From the NCBI RefSeq assembly GCF_006345805.1, contig NC_042999.1, positions 167,276,001 to 167,340,000 on the forward strand: a stretch of DNA of 64,000 nt. The letters run 5' to 3'. The stretch comes from Octopus sinensis. Taxonomy: Eukaryota. This document shows positions 63,126 to 64,000 of this stretch, one piece after another (the stretch's first letter is position 1; each line of letters begins with the position of its first letter). The notes under the pieces are model-generated. The model was given only the letters and a program-made list of their open reading frames with translations, was not told the origin of the DNA and did not search any database. Position numbers and translations under genes: made by a program.

Positions 63126-64000
63126 ATTGATGAAGTCCGGGCTTGTGTCTAGGAGGGAACCTTTTAGGTGCAATCCCATGGTCATTTATGACCGAAGGGG
63201 GTCTTTACCTTTTATAGTTGATTATATAGGCCTAAAGGTAAGACCGGTACTTTGTTTTCTCGGTCGATCCAAATTGATAAAAGGCAAAGTCTATATCACT
63301 AACGGTGTGTATCATGTAAGACAGTATCTCTCAAAGGGAAGTAGGTTGTAAAGATTGAAAAGTTGCAGCCGATGGTTGCTGTGTTTAATAAACTCAAAAT
63401 GGTAATAAACGTTATTCTTTAAATGGTGACAAACCATGATGAATAAAGAAGAATTAAATGGATTTCTACGAAGACAGAAAATATTTCACTAATATTTTGA
63501 TGGAGCCCGGGAGTTGCTATTTTGTGAAACCCCGTGTGTCTATTTAGTAATTTATATATTTATAAATGTCTATATATATTTATTTATATGTATATACATT
63601 CATATGTATGTGTATGTACACATAAGCACACATACACACACATACACATATATATATACACATACACGTACATATATACATGTTGTAAAGATTTCCTGGG
63701 GCATCTTTCTGCATGAAGAATAAATTGAGTGGGTTCTAAGGCATTTAATGCAGTAAGCCAACAATCTATTTTTAAATAATTATGATTACATCTGTTATGA
63801 AAAGAATTAATTAATAATTCTTAAGAAATATAAAGGAGATAGCTCCCCAATGCAAATTGATAATACAGTATTACCTCGCAGTATGAGTTTACTTCGTTCC
63901 ATGACTGAGCTCGTTTTACGATTTACTCGTTCTACAAATCAATTTTTCCATTGAAATTAACTAAAATATAATTAATCCGTTCCAGCCCATCAAAACCATC

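Overview
Repeat-dense, AT-rich animal genomic DNA. The tRNA-derived SINE families and the (TA)n/(CA)n/(AAT)n/(GATA)n load point to an octopod cephalopod (inference from pattern recognition, not a search). I cannot support any intact host protein-coding gene, rRNA, true tRNA or CRISPR array. Most entries in the ORF track are translations of microsatellites. The window is built from mobile DNA: two mariner transposons with TIRs and TA duplications, several MITE or deletion derivatives, RTE, CR1-type and Dong/R4-type LINE remnants, many SINEs, and several Penelope-like element (PLE) segments with RT and GIY-YIG motifs. Two things stand out. (1) A set of hammerhead ribozymes (HHRs) tied to PLE-type repeats: two with fully canonical cores (59387-59433 and 59891-59983, same strand, cleavage sites 545 nt apart), one with a compensatory G3-C8 core swap (50100-50148, minus strand), one minimal form at 32240-32277, and several variant or decayed copies. 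Several sit at the apex of perfect fold-back duplications that would base-pair over the catalytic core. (2) A 2.2-kb retroelement (12572-14768) with a target-site duplication, tandem 200-bp 5' monomers and an L1/Tx1-type ORF1 (RRM-like plus CCHC) but no ORF2, resembling HAL1-type non-autonomous elements. All folds and alignments were done by eye and no activity is demonstrated.
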